64,000 nucleotides of DNA from Bacteroidales bacterium UBA1756 (GCA_002314795.1 DCHI01000007.1:5827-69826), one strand, 5' to 3'. Shown: positions 19,293-28,980, counted from the stretch's first letter. Translations and numbers: made by a program. The notes: a model not told the origin generated them from the sequence alone.

Positions 19293-20222
19293 ATGGAATT
19301 CTGGCTTGCCCCGTTGCACGGGATTACGAACTTTCATTTTCGGAATTGCCTTAACCGCCACGTGAAGAACCTTTCCGTGGCGGTTACGCCTTTTTTGCCG
19401 GTGGGAGCAACTTCGCAAATCAACGTGCGCCGTTGGGTAGATGTCGCCCCGGAAAATAACCGGTCCGGTGAGGTGATTCCGCAACTCATCGGAAACGAAC
19501 CGACGCATTTCGTAGATACCATTCGGGAATTGCAAAAACTTGGATACCAACGTTTTAATTGGAATATTGGTTGCCCAGCCGCGCAAGTCGTTCGCAAACA
19601 GCGGGGCTGCGGAATTATGCCACATCCGGAGCGCGTGGAAGCGGTAGTCCGTCTTGTTACGCAAGAAACCGACTGCTGTTTTTCCATCAAGATGCGTTTG
19701 GGTTTGAAAAGTCCGGAGGAGGGATTAGCCATTTTGGAACGACTTCAGCCGTATCCTTTGGACTTTGTTGCCGTTCACCCTCGATTGGGCGTCCAGCAGT
19801 ATGAAGGAAAACCCGACTTTTCGATGTTCCGGCGGATGTACGAAACCACGGGACAAAACCTTGTTTATAGTGGTGACATTTTTGACCTTTCATCCTATCA
19901 GTATTTGGTTGACCATTTCCCGAAGGTCCGGCAGGTGATGTTAGGTCGCGGAATTCTGAGAAATCCTTTTTTGGCAGAAGAATTGACGACGGGACAAATG
20001 CTTTCGGACGGCGAGCGGACGGAGCGGTTCGCCGCCTTTTATGCCGACTATATCCAAACGATGCAAGCGGCGCGGGGCGAGCACGGGACTTTGTCCATTC
20101 TCAAGGAGTTGTGGCACTATTTCGCTCACTTTTGCCAACTGTCTCCGGAGGCCTTGCAGGAGTTGCTGCGTATCACTGATTTCAAGGAGTTTAACGAGCG
20201 TGCGGGAAAATATATCGGTTGA
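19293..20222 (+). CDS. tRNA-dihydrouridine synthase family protein
   Basis: LAPLHGITN ... NIGCPAAQV (catalytic Cys context) ... VHPR ... GRG pattern of Dus enzymes. Confidence 0.8.
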   Translation: MEFWLAPLHGITNFHFRNCLNRHVKNLSVAVTPFLPVGATSQINVRRWVDVAPENNRSGEVIPQLIGNEPTHFVDTIRELQKLGYQRFNWNIGCPAAQVVRKQRGCGIMPHPERVEAVVRLVTQETDCCFSIKMRLGLKSPEEGLAILERLQPYPLDFVAVHPRLGVQQYEGKPDFSMFRRMYETTGQNLVYSGDIFDLSSYQYLVDHFPKVRQVMLGRGILRNPFLAEELTTGQMLSDGERTERFAAFYADYIQTMQAARGEHGTLSILKELWHYFAHFCQLSPEALQELLRITDFKEFNERAGKYIG

Positions 20223-20258
20223 AAAAACGAGAACGGTATATTTTTTCTCCGTTATTGG

Positions 20259-21464
20259 TTAGTACAGCAATCCAAACATCCAAAGAGGAATCGTATTTCC
20301 GTGTCCGCATTCGATACCATCCTTTGCCACATAGCTTTCGGGAATGTCGCTGATTTGGTCAAATGTTTTACTCTTTCCTCCAATTTCAAATAGGTATTTC
20401 CCGTCAACCAATGCATCGCCCCGCTTTGGTAGTGTTACATCATAGACGGCCCCAACTTGGTTTAGAAAGAACGTTTCGCGGGCTGTGCCGACATCCGTCT
20501 TCGAGCTAAGTGCGTGGGCGAGATTGGTGTTGTCAAGCAGCACCTTTTCGGGTTTGGACAATTGTTTGTAACTATTGGGCTTCTCTGCGATAAGGGTCAG
20601 CATTTTGGCGCGGTTCAGCGCGTACAACAGTTTAAGACAAAGGTCACGTGTAAGACAGAGTTCAGCACACAATTTGGATATGTTAGGCGTGCAAGGAACC
20701 CTTTCGGCGAGTGTCGCTAACATCTTCTTTGTTTTTTGTATGGTGCTGTATTCGATTTTTTCGGCTGACGGAAGGTCCAATTCAATCACCAAATCAGCCA
20801 CCTCTTTCAAACGAATCAGGTAATCATCCCCAGAATCCTTGTAAAACGGGTAAAAGCCGCTGACTAAATAGTGATCAAAATGTTCGAGAGGTCGGCACAA
20901 TGACAGAACTCTCATAGCGACGTCCGTGTGGCTCTTTACGAGGTTTTCAACACTAATGGATTCTATCGGAGCGATTCCTTCGAAAGCAAGGTATTCACGG
21001 AAAGAAAGTCCGGGAAGTGTGTACAGCGTCTGCCGTCTTGACAAGTCAGCCGTTGAGTTGTCAATTTCCAATAAAGAGGATCCGGTATATACAATTCGCA
21101 AGTCGGGATAGTTGTCATATATGTTTTTCAACGTCAGTGACCATTGTGGATACCTGTGTACCTCGTCAACAAATAAGTCTTGAATCCCGTGCGAATTGGC
21201 ATAATCGGCAAGGTCAATAAGACTGTGTCGTTGGAACCACAAGTCATCCAATGACACATATAAAGCCCGTCCGAGGTCATTGTATTCCGATTTAATGCGT
21301 TGTAATAGCATCGTGGTTTTTCCAACTCCACGAGCTCCTTTTATGCCAATCATTCGGACACCCCAGTTGATTTTTTCATACAAGAATCTCTTGTGTTTTA
21401 AAGATGTTCTTTCAATCTTTCGGCGATATGTTGCAATTAATGGCAGCAAGTCTTCCTGTGTCAT
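20259..21464 (-). CDS. AAA ATPase, COG1373 type (AAA_14 + DUF4143)
   Basis: Walker A GARGVGKTT and Walker B FVDEVH. The track start (21485) is TTG and overlaps the promoter box, so I prefer ATG 21464 (MTQEDLLPL...). Confidence 0.8.
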   Translation of the reverse strand: MTQEDLLPLIATYRRKIERTSLKHKRFLYEKINWGVRMIGIKGARGVGKTTMLLQRIKSEYNDLGRALYVSLDDLWFQRHSLIDLADYANSHGIQDLFVDEVHRYPQWSLTLKNIYDNYPDLRIVYTGSSLLEIDNSTADLSRRQTLYTLPGLSFREYLAFEGIAPIESISVENLVKSHTDVAMRVLSLCRPLEHFDHYLVSGFYPFYKDSGDDYLIRLKEVADLVIELDLPSAEKIEYSTIQKTKKMLATLAERVPCTPNISKLCAELCLTRDLCLKLLYALNRAKMLTLIAEKPNSYKQLSKPEKVLLDNTNLAHALSSKTDVGTARETFFLNQVGAVYDVTLPKRGDALVDGKYLFEIGGKSKTFDQISDIPESYVAKDGIECGHGNTIPLWMFGLLY

Positions 21465-21482
21465 ATCTATTATTTTAGTTTG

Positions 21483-21490
21483 CAAAAATA
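21483..21490 (-). promoter_or_regulatory. -7 promoter box (TATTTTTG on minus strand)
   Basis: CAAAAATA on the plus strand, 19 nt upstream of ATG 21464. Confidence 0.45.
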
Positions 21491-21505
21491 CATTTTTTTA
21501 AGATG

Positions 21506-21555
21506 AAAAAGCGAAAATAGATATTTTTTTCGCTTTTTAAAAAGTGAAAATGGAT
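21506..21555. repeat. 33-bp-period direct repeat (AAAAAGCGAAAATAGAT / AAAAAGTGAAAATGGAT) with internal inverted repeat
   Basis: Copies at 21506..21522 and 21539..21555 (15/17 identical). Inverted repeat AAAAAGCGAAAA (21506..21517) / TTTTCGCTTTTT (21527..21538). Confidence 0.7.
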
Positions 21556-21564
21556 GTTTGGGCT

Positions 21565-21596
21565 AAAAAAAATGGGAAACTATAACTGTTTCCCAT
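21565..21596 (-). terminator. Rho-independent terminator after etfA
   Basis: Stem ATGGGAAAC / GTTTCCCAT, followed by T8 on the minus strand. Confidence 0.75.
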
Positions 21597-21619
21597 TTTC
21601 TATTCGTAAGAAAAAATCT

Positions 21620-22627
21620 TTATTTCTCTTTGATTTCTTTTTGCAAACGTTCGTTCAGCAGCGGAACGACTTTTGCAAAATCGCCGACGATACCGAGATC
21701 GGAAACACCGAAGATAGGTGCGTCTTTGTCTCGGTTGATGGCGATGATGAGGTCGGATTCTTCCATACCGGCGAGGTGCTGGATGGCTCCGGAGATACCG
21801 ATGGCGAAATAGAGGTCCGGACGGACGGTTTTGCCCGTTTGTCCAACCTGAACGTCGTGAGGCATAACGCCGGCGTCAACCATAGAACGGGAGGAAGAAA
21901 CTTGTGCGTTCAGTGTTTCTGCGAGGGCTCCCAATTTGTCGAAACCTTCTTTGCACCCGACGCCACGACCACCGGAGACCAGAATTTTGGCTTCGGTGAT
22001 GTCTTTCTTACCCTTGTTTTCTTTCACCTTCTTGACGAGTTTTACGGCAAATTTGCTGGCGTCAAAAACAGGTTTGAACTCTACGATTTCACCCTTGCGT
22101 GAAGCATCGCGGGACATTTTCTGCATAACGCCCGGACGAACGGTTGACATCTGCGGACGGCGTTCGGTACACATAATGGTTGCCATCAGGTTGCCACCGA
22201 AAGCGGGACGTGTCATCATCAATTCCTTTTCTTCTGAGATTTCCAACTTGGTACAGTCAGCGGTAAGACCGGTAGCCAAACGAGCGGACAATCTCGGGCC
22301 TAAGTCGCGGCCGATGGTTGTTGCACCAAACAGAATGATGTTGGGCAAGAACTTGTCGGAAATCTGTGCAATGGCTTGGGAATATTGTTCGGTCAAATAG
22401 TCCTTCAGTTCGGGGCAGTCAGCGAAAACGACTTCGTCAGCACCGTACTCGATAAGGGTTTGACATTGGTTCTTGATGTTGTGGCCAAGGAAGATGGCAA
22501 CGACTTTTTCGCCCAGGATTTGTGACAATTCGTGGGCCTTGCCGAGCAATTCGAGTCCAACGGGTTGAATGACGCCGTCTCTTTGCTCAACGAATACGAA
22601 TATATTTTTATAGTTTGATTTATCCAT
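21620..22627 (-). CDS. etfA: Electron transfer flavoprotein alpha subunit
   Basis: 335 aa with the typical EtfA N- and C-terminal FAD-binding pattern (VSGGRGVG...AIGISGAIQHLAG). Confidence 0.92.
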   Translation of the reverse strand: MDKSNYKNIFVFVEQRDGVIQPVGLELLGKAHELSQILGEKVVAIFLGHNIKNQCQTLIEYGADEVVFADCPELKDYLTEQYSQAIAQISDKFLPNIILFGATTIGRDLGPRLSARLATGLTADCTKLEISEEKELMMTRPAFGGNLMATIMCTERRPQMSTVRPGVMQKMSRDASRKGEIVEFKPVFDASKFAVKLVKKVKENKGKKDITEAKILVSGGRGVGCKEGFDKLGALAETLNAQVSSSRSMVDAGVMPHDVQVGQTGKTVRPDLYFAIGISGAIQHLAGMEESDLIIAINRDKDAPIFGVSDLGIVGDFAKVVPLLNERLQKEIKEK

Positions 22628-22639
22628 AGTTGAACCTCC

Positions 22640-23425
22640 TTAAATGATGAATTTTTCTTTCAGTTTGGCGATAATGAGTTCGACGGCTTCTTCCGGGGTA
22701 ACGTCATAAACGGCACCGGCAACCTTTTGCGGTTTGGTGAATGATTTTTTCACACGGGTAGGTGAACCATTGAGACCGAGTTTCATTTCTTCGACGTCAA
22801 TCTTGTCGGCGTTCCAGATTTCAATTTCCTTGCTGTCGTATGCGTCAATAATACCTTTGACGGTCATATAGCGAGCTTTGAATGCGGAGGCCAAAACGGT
22901 GAGAAGGGCGGGCGTGTGGACTTCCAACATTTGGTAGCCATCTTCGTCTTCCTTTTTCACAGTCAGTTTGTCTTTTCCGTCGTATTCAACGCCGGCGACG
23001 TAAGAAATCATCGGAGTGTGAAGGTGTTCAGCGATTTGCGGACCCACTTGAGCGGTATCTCCGTCGATGGCCTGACGTCCGGTGATGACGAGGTCGTGTT
23101 CGATGTTACGGAGTGCGCCGGCGAGCGCGTTGGATGTTGCCAAGGTATCGGCACCGGCAAATTTGCGGTCGGTGAGGAGGATGGCACGGTCAGCGCCCAT
23201 AGCCATAGCTTCACGGAGAATGGCTTCGGCCTGCGGAGGTCCCATCGTGATGACGGTGACGTGGGCACCGAATTGGTCTTTCAATTGGAGGGCCACTTCA
23301 AGGCCTCCCTTATCATCGGGATTCATAATGCTCGGAACGCCATCACGAATCAACGTACCGGTTGCGGGGTTGATTTTGATTTCGGTCGTATCCGGAACCT
23401 GTTTGATACAAACTACTATTTTCAT
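22640..23425 (-). CDS. etfB: Electron transfer flavoprotein beta subunit
   Basis: MKIVVCIKQVPDT... and GRQAIDGDTAQVGP are typical of EtfB. Confidence 0.92.
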   Translation of the reverse strand: MKIVVCIKQVPDTTEIKINPATGTLIRDGVPSIMNPDDKGGLEVALQLKDQFGAHVTVITMGPPQAEAILREAMAMGADRAILLTDRKFAGADTLATSNALAGALRNIEHDLVITGRQAIDGDTAQVGPQIAEHLHTPMISYVAGVEYDGKDKLTVKKEDEDGYQMLEVHTPALLTVLASAFKARYMTVKGIIDAYDSKEIEIWNADKIDVEEMKLGLNGSPTRVKKSFTKPQKVAGAVYDVTPEEAVELIIAKLKEKFII

Positions 23426-23465
23426 ATCTTTTTTTTAATTTTCAATTTTCAACTTTCAATTTGGA

Positions 23466-24605
23466 TTAAGCGAACAATTTCGCGGCGATGACCATTCTTT
23501 GGACTTCGCTGGTGCCTTCGTAAATTTCAGTAATCTTGGCGTCGCGCATCATTCTTTCAACCGGATATTCGCGGGTGTAGCCGTAGCCACCGTGGAATTG
23601 AACTGCCTTGGTAGTTACTTCCATTGCGGTTTCAGCAGCAAATAGTTTTGCCATTGCGGCGTCAGCGGAGAAAGGAAGGTGCATATCTTTCTTATAAGAA
23701 GCGGAACGAACCAACAGACGAGCGGCTTGAACCTTGGTTTCAAGGTCGGCCATTTGGAACTGTGTGTTCTGGAATTTAGCGATGGATTTGCCAAACTGTT
23801 TACGTTCTTTGGTATATTTTACGGTTTCGTCGATGGCGCCTTGTGCGATGCCGAGTGCCTGTGAAGCGATACCGATACGGCCACCGTCCAAGGTCATCAT
23901 AGCGATTTTGAAACCTTTACCGAGTTCGCCGAGAAGGTTTTCTTTCGGAACTTCGCAGTTTTCAAAAATCAATTCGCAGGTTGCGGAACCGCGGATACCC
24001 ATCTTTTTCTCTTTTTTACCGATGCTGAATCCCTTGAATCCTTTTTCAACGATGAAAGCGGAAATGCCCTTCGTGCCTTTGGACTTGTCGGTCATAGCCA
24101 TAACTACGAAAACGTGTGCTTCGCTGGCGTTGGTGATGAAAATCTTGGAACCGTTGAGAATCCATTTGTCACCGGCGTCAACAGCGGTCGTTTGCTGCAT
24201 TGCTGCATCGGTACCAGCGTTGGGTTCGGTAAGACCAAATGCTCCAATCCATTCGCCAGAAGCGAGTTTCGGAACATACTGTTTTTTCTGTTCTTCCGTA
24301 CCGTGCTCCATAATCGGGGCGATACACAGGGAGGTGTGAGCAGAAACAACGACACCGGTTGTAGCACATACGCGTGAAAGTTCTTCCACAGCCATAGAGT
24401 ACATTTGGTTCGTTCCGCCTTGTCCGCCGTATTCAACGGGAACCGGAATGCCCATCACACCGAGTTTGCCGAGTTTTTTCACGGTTTCTGTCGGAAATTT
24501 CTCTTCTTCGTCAACTTCCGCTGCAAGCGGCTTGACTTCGTTCTCTGCAAATTCGCGAATCATCTGCAGGAACAATTCTTCTTTTTTTGATAAACTGAAA
24601 TCCAT
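23466..24605 (-). CDS. bcd: Acyl-CoA dehydrogenase (butyryl-CoA dehydrogenase-like)
   Basis: 379 aa with the ACAD pattern (GLTEPNAGTD, YEGTSEVQ). Directly upstream of etfBA. Confidence 0.9.
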   Translation of the reverse strand: MDFSLSKKEELFLQMIREFAENEVKPLAAEVDEEEKFPTETVKKLGKLGVMGIPVPVEYGGQGGTNQMYSMAVEELSRVCATTGVVVSAHTSLCIAPIMEHGTEEQKKQYVPKLASGEWIGAFGLTEPNAGTDAAMQQTTAVDAGDKWILNGSKIFITNASEAHVFVVMAMTDKSKGTKGISAFIVEKGFKGFSIGKKEKKMGIRGSATCELIFENCEVPKENLLGELGKGFKIAMMTLDGGRIGIASQALGIAQGAIDETVKYTKERKQFGKSIAKFQNTQFQMADLETKVQAARLLVRSASYKKDMHLPFSADAAMAKLFAAETAMEVTTKAVQFHGGYGYTREYPVERMMRDAKITEIYEGTSEVQRMVIAAKLFA

Positions 24606-24740
24606 TTCTTTTGTTTATTATGTTTTAATTTAGTGAGCAAAAAAAGGCACACAAGAAAGCACGTTTGTTTGCAGAAATAAATTCTTTAAAAAAACTTTGC
24701 ATTTGTTTGTCCTATGTGATTTATTTGCATAAAGCGGCTG

Positions 24741-24748
24741 CAAAAGTA
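24741..24748 (-). promoter_or_regulatory. -7 promoter box (TACTTTTG on minus strand)
   Basis: CAAAAGTA on the plus strand, ~135 nt upstream of the bcd ATG. Confidence 0.35.
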
Positions 24749-24930
24749 AGAAAAAAAAGTCAATGTTCTACCATCTTTTTAACCCTTTCAACCAACAAGA
24801 AAAAAGCGGATTCTGCAATGTGACACGCCCGTTCGCGAGTATGTCGATGTAATAAACTTATGTCAAATAAAACTATTTCAAATCATTTTATTTCAAATAA
24901 ATCTGCCTTTCACACTTTTGTGTCCCCAAC

Positions 24931-24969
24931 AAAAAAAAGTCGTGTCACTTCATTCATAGCAACACGACT
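24931..24969 (-). terminator. Rho-independent terminator after the C25 peptidase gene
   Basis: Stem AGTCGTGT / ACACGACT, followed by T8 on the minus strand. Confidence 0.7.
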
Positions 24970-24992
24970 TCTATTATTGAAATCCGGTACAA

Positions 24993-27900
24993 CTATTTCC
25001 GGATGATGACCTTTTCGGTGAAACTCTGTCCGTCGCGGGTGCAGACCTTGACAAAATAGATGCCGTTGGTCAGGTCGCGAACGGAAATCTGTGTCGTTTC
25101 CTGTGTGGGAACCACTTTGTGAACAAGACTTCCAACCGCGGAATAGATGTGAATTTCTTTGATGTCGGAACCTTTGATGTTCAAAGTGCTGCTTGTCGGA
25201 TTCGGGAAAATCTCGAATGCATTGGCCTTGTGGTCTTCTACGCCCGTGTTGAGTGAGCTGTTGACCGTGTTGGAAATTCCTGATTCGCCACCCGTGCAGA
25301 TGGTCTTGACCGCGTATGAGTAGGTGACGCCGACAACAGCGCTGGCATCGGTGTATGAGTTCGTCGGGGTGGTTGCGATGGCATTTCCGTTACGATAGAT
25401 GCGGTAGGCGATGGCATTTTCAATCGCATTCCAAGTAAGTCCAATCTGAGTGGAAGAAGCGGTGGCCGTCAGTCCCGTAGGAACATCGCAGGTTTCAACC
25501 GGCACGTCGCCAATGGTAACACAACTGGGCTCGGAAGCCGGTGACTCGATGGTTTCCGTACAGTTGTAAACAAGTGTATAACAGTAGGTTCCGTCTGGAA
25601 CATTGTTGTCCGTGTAAGTTCCGCCGGTGAGGTTTTCGGCAATCAGTTCACCGTTTCTGTAAAGGTTGCAAGTTTGTCCTACGACGGATTGTCCGCTGAT
25701 GACGATGTCATCCACACAGAAAATGTACTGGTCGTTGGAAACGCAATGGATGGCGACGTATTTGGCGTTGGCAGGAACCGTGTAAGTGTATTGTGTCCAA
25801 GTGGTTGTGGTAGTAGTGGCGCTGCTGTTCAGGTTGATGAAGTCGCTTGCGCTGTTACCGCTGGTGGAGTAGGCGGCATAGAATCGTTCGGTGGAATATT
25901 GGCTGGAGTAGGAGCGTGCATAGAACGAGAAGGTGAAAGGAAGGGTGAAGTTAAGTTCTGGACTGATCATCCAGTCGTCGTTTTGTGGATTGGAACCCCA
26001 GTAGCTACTGGAACGAGCGTAAGCGTCGGCGAAGTATTTGTCACCGGAGTGCGCTTCTACGATGCCGGAGCCGGTCATCTGTTCATCATCCAAAACGATG
26101 AAAGCCATCGGAGAACCGGCATTGGTGTAACTGACGTTTTGGAAAGTTCCGGTATTGGCACCGTCACCGTCGATGTAGGTCCAGCCGATGGTACCGGCGG
26201 AGTTGATGGTGCCGTAGGTGTGACCTTCGGCATCGTCGGTCAATGTGATTTCTGTTACGGTGGATTCGTCATCCCAACTGATGACGACATTGTTACCGTT
26301 AGCCGTAGCGGTGACTCCCGTTGGAGCGGTGCAGTCGCTGCCGAGTGCAGTAAGAGTGAATGTGCCGTTCCACGTATTGCCGCCGAGGGTGGCCGTCCAG
26401 CCCAAAGTGAAAATGTGTCCGGTGGTGACGGAGGCATCTACGGAAACTTGGAACTCGTTGTTCATTGCGGCGGTGCCGTTCAAGGCAGCCATAGGAGCAG
26501 CGTACCCCGTTCCGTCAATGATGGTGAGCAACGGATCATCGCAGGAAATGGTGACGGTGGCATATTCCGTAGTGGCAACGCCGCCGATATTGGCTACTGT
26601 GAGCGAAAGGAATGGCGTTTCGCCGGCATTGACAACGGCAGGCGTGTGGTCGGTGAGTGTGAGGTAAGGAACATTGCTGGCCGTGCAGTTGATCGTTTCG
26701 TAAATGGTAGTGGTGTTGAATGCGGTAACGACCAGGAGAGCTTCGCCCGGCGTAAGTCCGTGCGTGATGGAAACGTTTCCGGATGCATCCGTATAAGCAC
26801 TGAAATAGTTGCCATTCTGTGAGATACAAACGAGCGCATCCTCCACCGGCGTCCCGTTGACCGTAACGGTCGTGGTAAAGGGAACGCCTTGCATCACGGC
26901 GCGGTTGGAAAGGGCGAGGGCATCCGGCTGTTTGGTTCTCAACTGCAAGGAAGCGTCTCCAAAAGTGGTCCACGTCTGGAAGGTTTCCAAATCGCTGGAA
27001 GTGCTGCTTTCGGTCAACCCGAGGTTGAAAGCGTTAACTACGATGGAGCCCCAGTGCGTACGTTGCTCGTTTGTGTTGATTCCGCTTTGTCCGGAATATT
27101 GGTTGTAATTAAAACCGCCGACCAGAATATCATAGAAATAGTCCTGACCACGCTGCGGAGGAGTCCACGGTTGATTGATGGTGGACATCAGGGTGACGAC
27201 AGCGCCACCGTTTTCTTTTTTCAGCCACGCTTCAGCGAAACAGTCGCCGCCACTACGGTTGAACTTGCCGTTCACGCAAGCCACTGACACGATGAATGGA
27301 AGTTTGTCACCGTTGGTGGAAGAATTAACGTTGGTATTGCTGTAATTGGTTGTTACAAAATAAGTTTCATCGCCGTGTCCACAATATGCGATGGTGGAAG
27401 CGCCGGCATTGACGTGCGTAGCCAACGTGCTGGCACTGGCATTGTCACCATAGTTGCCGTTTTCAGTGTTGTAGGTGAATGGATCCAAACGTTCAGAATA
27501 AATACGTTGAACGTGGACGTAGTCGATTTCGTTATCGTCACCGCTGCCGCTACCTTCCGAAGAACCAATCCCGATGAAGGTTTCGCGCCAGTTGGCATCC
27601 ATATTCGGATTCTTTTCATAGTTGATGGCCTTGTTCACCTGAACCAGTGCTTGGGCATTGGAACTGCACGAGAAACGTCCGATGGCGATGTCGGGATAGT
27701 TGTCGTTCCCGGCTACACATCCCATCTTCGGGTCGGTAGGAGCGGATTCTCCGTCCACACTGATGGTGTTTGATTTGATGTTGTCCCAGTCACCGAAAAG
27801 TTGTACATACATCAGATTGTTGTTGCTGCTGTAAGCAGTTGCGATGCTGCTTGCAACATTGGTGTTGTTGCTAACGACCTGTTTGGTCACGTTGTAGCCC

Positions 27901-28715
27901 ATCTCTTTTTTCCACTGGATGTACGTGTCGGCGGCACTTTCGTAGGTGGAGGTGGTATAGACGAGAATGTCGCCTTTTTCACCTTGTGCGAGGGCGTCTC
28001 TATTGGGTTCGTAGTTCAAAAAGAGACTTTTGTACATAGCGACGGCCTCTCTGCAAGGACGTGCCGACGCATTTACCAACGGGTTGGTCGCCGCACTTGC
28101 GTTTTCTTCCAAAGTCACCGTAACCTGACGGAAGAAACGTACGGTGCGAGTCACGGGATTGTAATGGAACGGATAGAAATGAACCGTCGTACCACGAACG
28201 TCACGAACGATGAAAGGACTTTCCATTGTGACGATGTTTTCTTCCATTGACGGATAAAATTCGTTCTCAATGGATTCCGGATCAATATGGTAAGGAATCT
28301 CTTCCGGATTTTGGTTCCGATAAATCACGCCGCGAGAGGGAAGAATCGGATTGTCAACGGTGAATTCTACGACGTCTGAGACAAAAATGTGTGCCACCGA
28401 AACATTCTTGTCGGCAGGCAGTTGAATGGAGGCACTCACGTAGGGGAGTTCCGCCCATCCCTTCTTTTGGGAGACGGTGGAGGAAGCGAAATTGATTTTG
28501 CTGTACGTGGTGCCGTTCTTTACAACATCAACAACTTCAACGTTATTGATGGCAAATGAAATTTGATATTCTCCAGGATTGGGCTGGGCAAAAGAAGTCG
28601 TGTATGGCTTTTCTGCCAAGTGTTGAGAAAAATTGTTGGAGAAGGAGACAGGACTTTGCGCTTGTGAGATTAGTAGGAAAAATGCGCAAATCAGAGTGAT
28701 GAAAAAACGTTTCAT
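24993..28715 (-). CDS. C25 (gingipain-type) cysteine peptidase with adhesin-like domains and T9SS CTD
   Basis: Catalytic contexts AYCGHGDETYF (His) and FIVSVACVNGKF (Cys), as in gingipains. DDWMISPELNF cleaved-adhesin-like module. C-terminus is IFPNPTSSTLNI...GIYFVKV....KVIIRK. Confidence 0.88.
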   Translation of the reverse strand: MKRFFITLICAFFLLISQAQSPVSFSNNFSQHLAEKPYTTSFAQPNPGEYQISFAINNVEVVDVVKNGTTYSKINFASSTVSQKKGWAELPYVSASIQLPADKNVSVAHIFVSDVVEFTVDNPILPSRGVIYRNQNPEEIPYHIDPESIENEFYPSMEENIVTMESPFIVRDVRGTTVHFYPFHYNPVTRTVRFFRQVTVTLEENASAATNPLVNASARPCREAVAMYKSLFLNYEPNRDALAQGEKGDILVYTTSTYESAADTYIQWKKEMGYNVTKQVVSNNTNVASSIATAYSSNNNLMYVQLFGDWDNIKSNTISVDGESAPTDPKMGCVAGNDNYPDIAIGRFSCSSNAQALVQVNKAINYEKNPNMDANWRETFIGIGSSEGSGSGDDNEIDYVHVQRIYSERLDPFTYNTENGNYGDNASASTLATHVNAGASTIAYCGHGDETYFVTTNYSNTNVNSSTNGDKLPFIVSVACVNGKFNRSGGDCFAEAWLKKENGGAVVTLMSTINQPWTPPQRGQDYFYDILVGGFNYNQYSGQSGINTNEQRTHWGSIVVNAFNLGLTESSTSSDLETFQTWTTFGDASLQLRTKQPDALALSNRAVMQGVPFTTTVTVNGTPVEDALVCISQNGNYFSAYTDASGNVSITHGLTPGEALLVVTAFNTTTIYETINCTASNVPYLTLTDHTPAVVNAGETPFLSLTVANIGGVATTEYATVTISCDDPLLTIIDGTGYAAPMAALNGTAAMNNEFQVSVDASVTTGHIFTLGWTATLGGNTWNGTFTLTALGSDCTAPTGVTATANGNNVVISWDDESTVTEITLTDDAEGHTYGTINSAGTIGWTYIDGDGANTGTFQNVSYTNAGSPMAFIVLDDEQMTGSGIVEAHSGDKYFADAYARSSSYWGSNPQNDDWMISPELNFTLPFTFSFYARSYSSQYSTERFYAAYSTSGNSASDFINLNSSATTTTTTWTQYTYTVPANAKYVAIHCVSNDQYIFCVDDIVISGQSVVGQTCNLYRNGELIAENLTGGTYTDNNVPDGTYCYTLVYNCTETIESPASEPSCVTIGDVPVETCDVPTGLTATASSTQIGLTWNAIENAIAYRIYRNGNAIATTPTNSYTDASAVVGVTYSYAVKTICTGGESGISNTVNSSLNTGVEDHKANAFEIFPNPTSSTLNIKGSDIKEIHIYSAVGSLVHKVVPTQETTQISVRDLTNGIYFVKVCTRDGQSFTEKVIIRK

Positions 28716-28748
28716 ATTATTATTGTGTTTTGTTTTTCAAAAAGCGGG

Positions 28749-28756
28749 CAAAAGTA
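28749..28756 (-). promoter_or_regulatory. -7 promoter box (TACTTTTG on minus strand)
   Basis: CAAAAGTA on the plus strand, 34 nt upstream of ATG 28715. Confidence 0.45.
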
Positions 28757-28905
28757 CAACAAAATCTTCAATAATGATATGAAAAATTCAGAATTAAAAT
28801 GGTGATTTTCAGTTTGTTGATAAAATACGGAAGATAAAAGTCTGTTTTTCGCTATCCCTATAGCAGCACCAAAGAGTTCCCCTCAAAAAATTCCACCCTT
28901 CTCCC

Positions 28906-28980
28906 CTTTACAAACTTTAAGAACTTTATAAACTTTACAAACTTTATAAACTTTATAAACTTTCCAAACTTTCCAAACCC
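28906..28980. repeat. 9-bp tandem repeat, 7 full copies plus partial ends (AAACTTTAY, degenerating to AAACTTTCC)
   Basis: Units at 28912, 28921 ... 28966. The array ends 2 nt from the GH20 stop codon (28983..28985). Confidence 0.95.
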
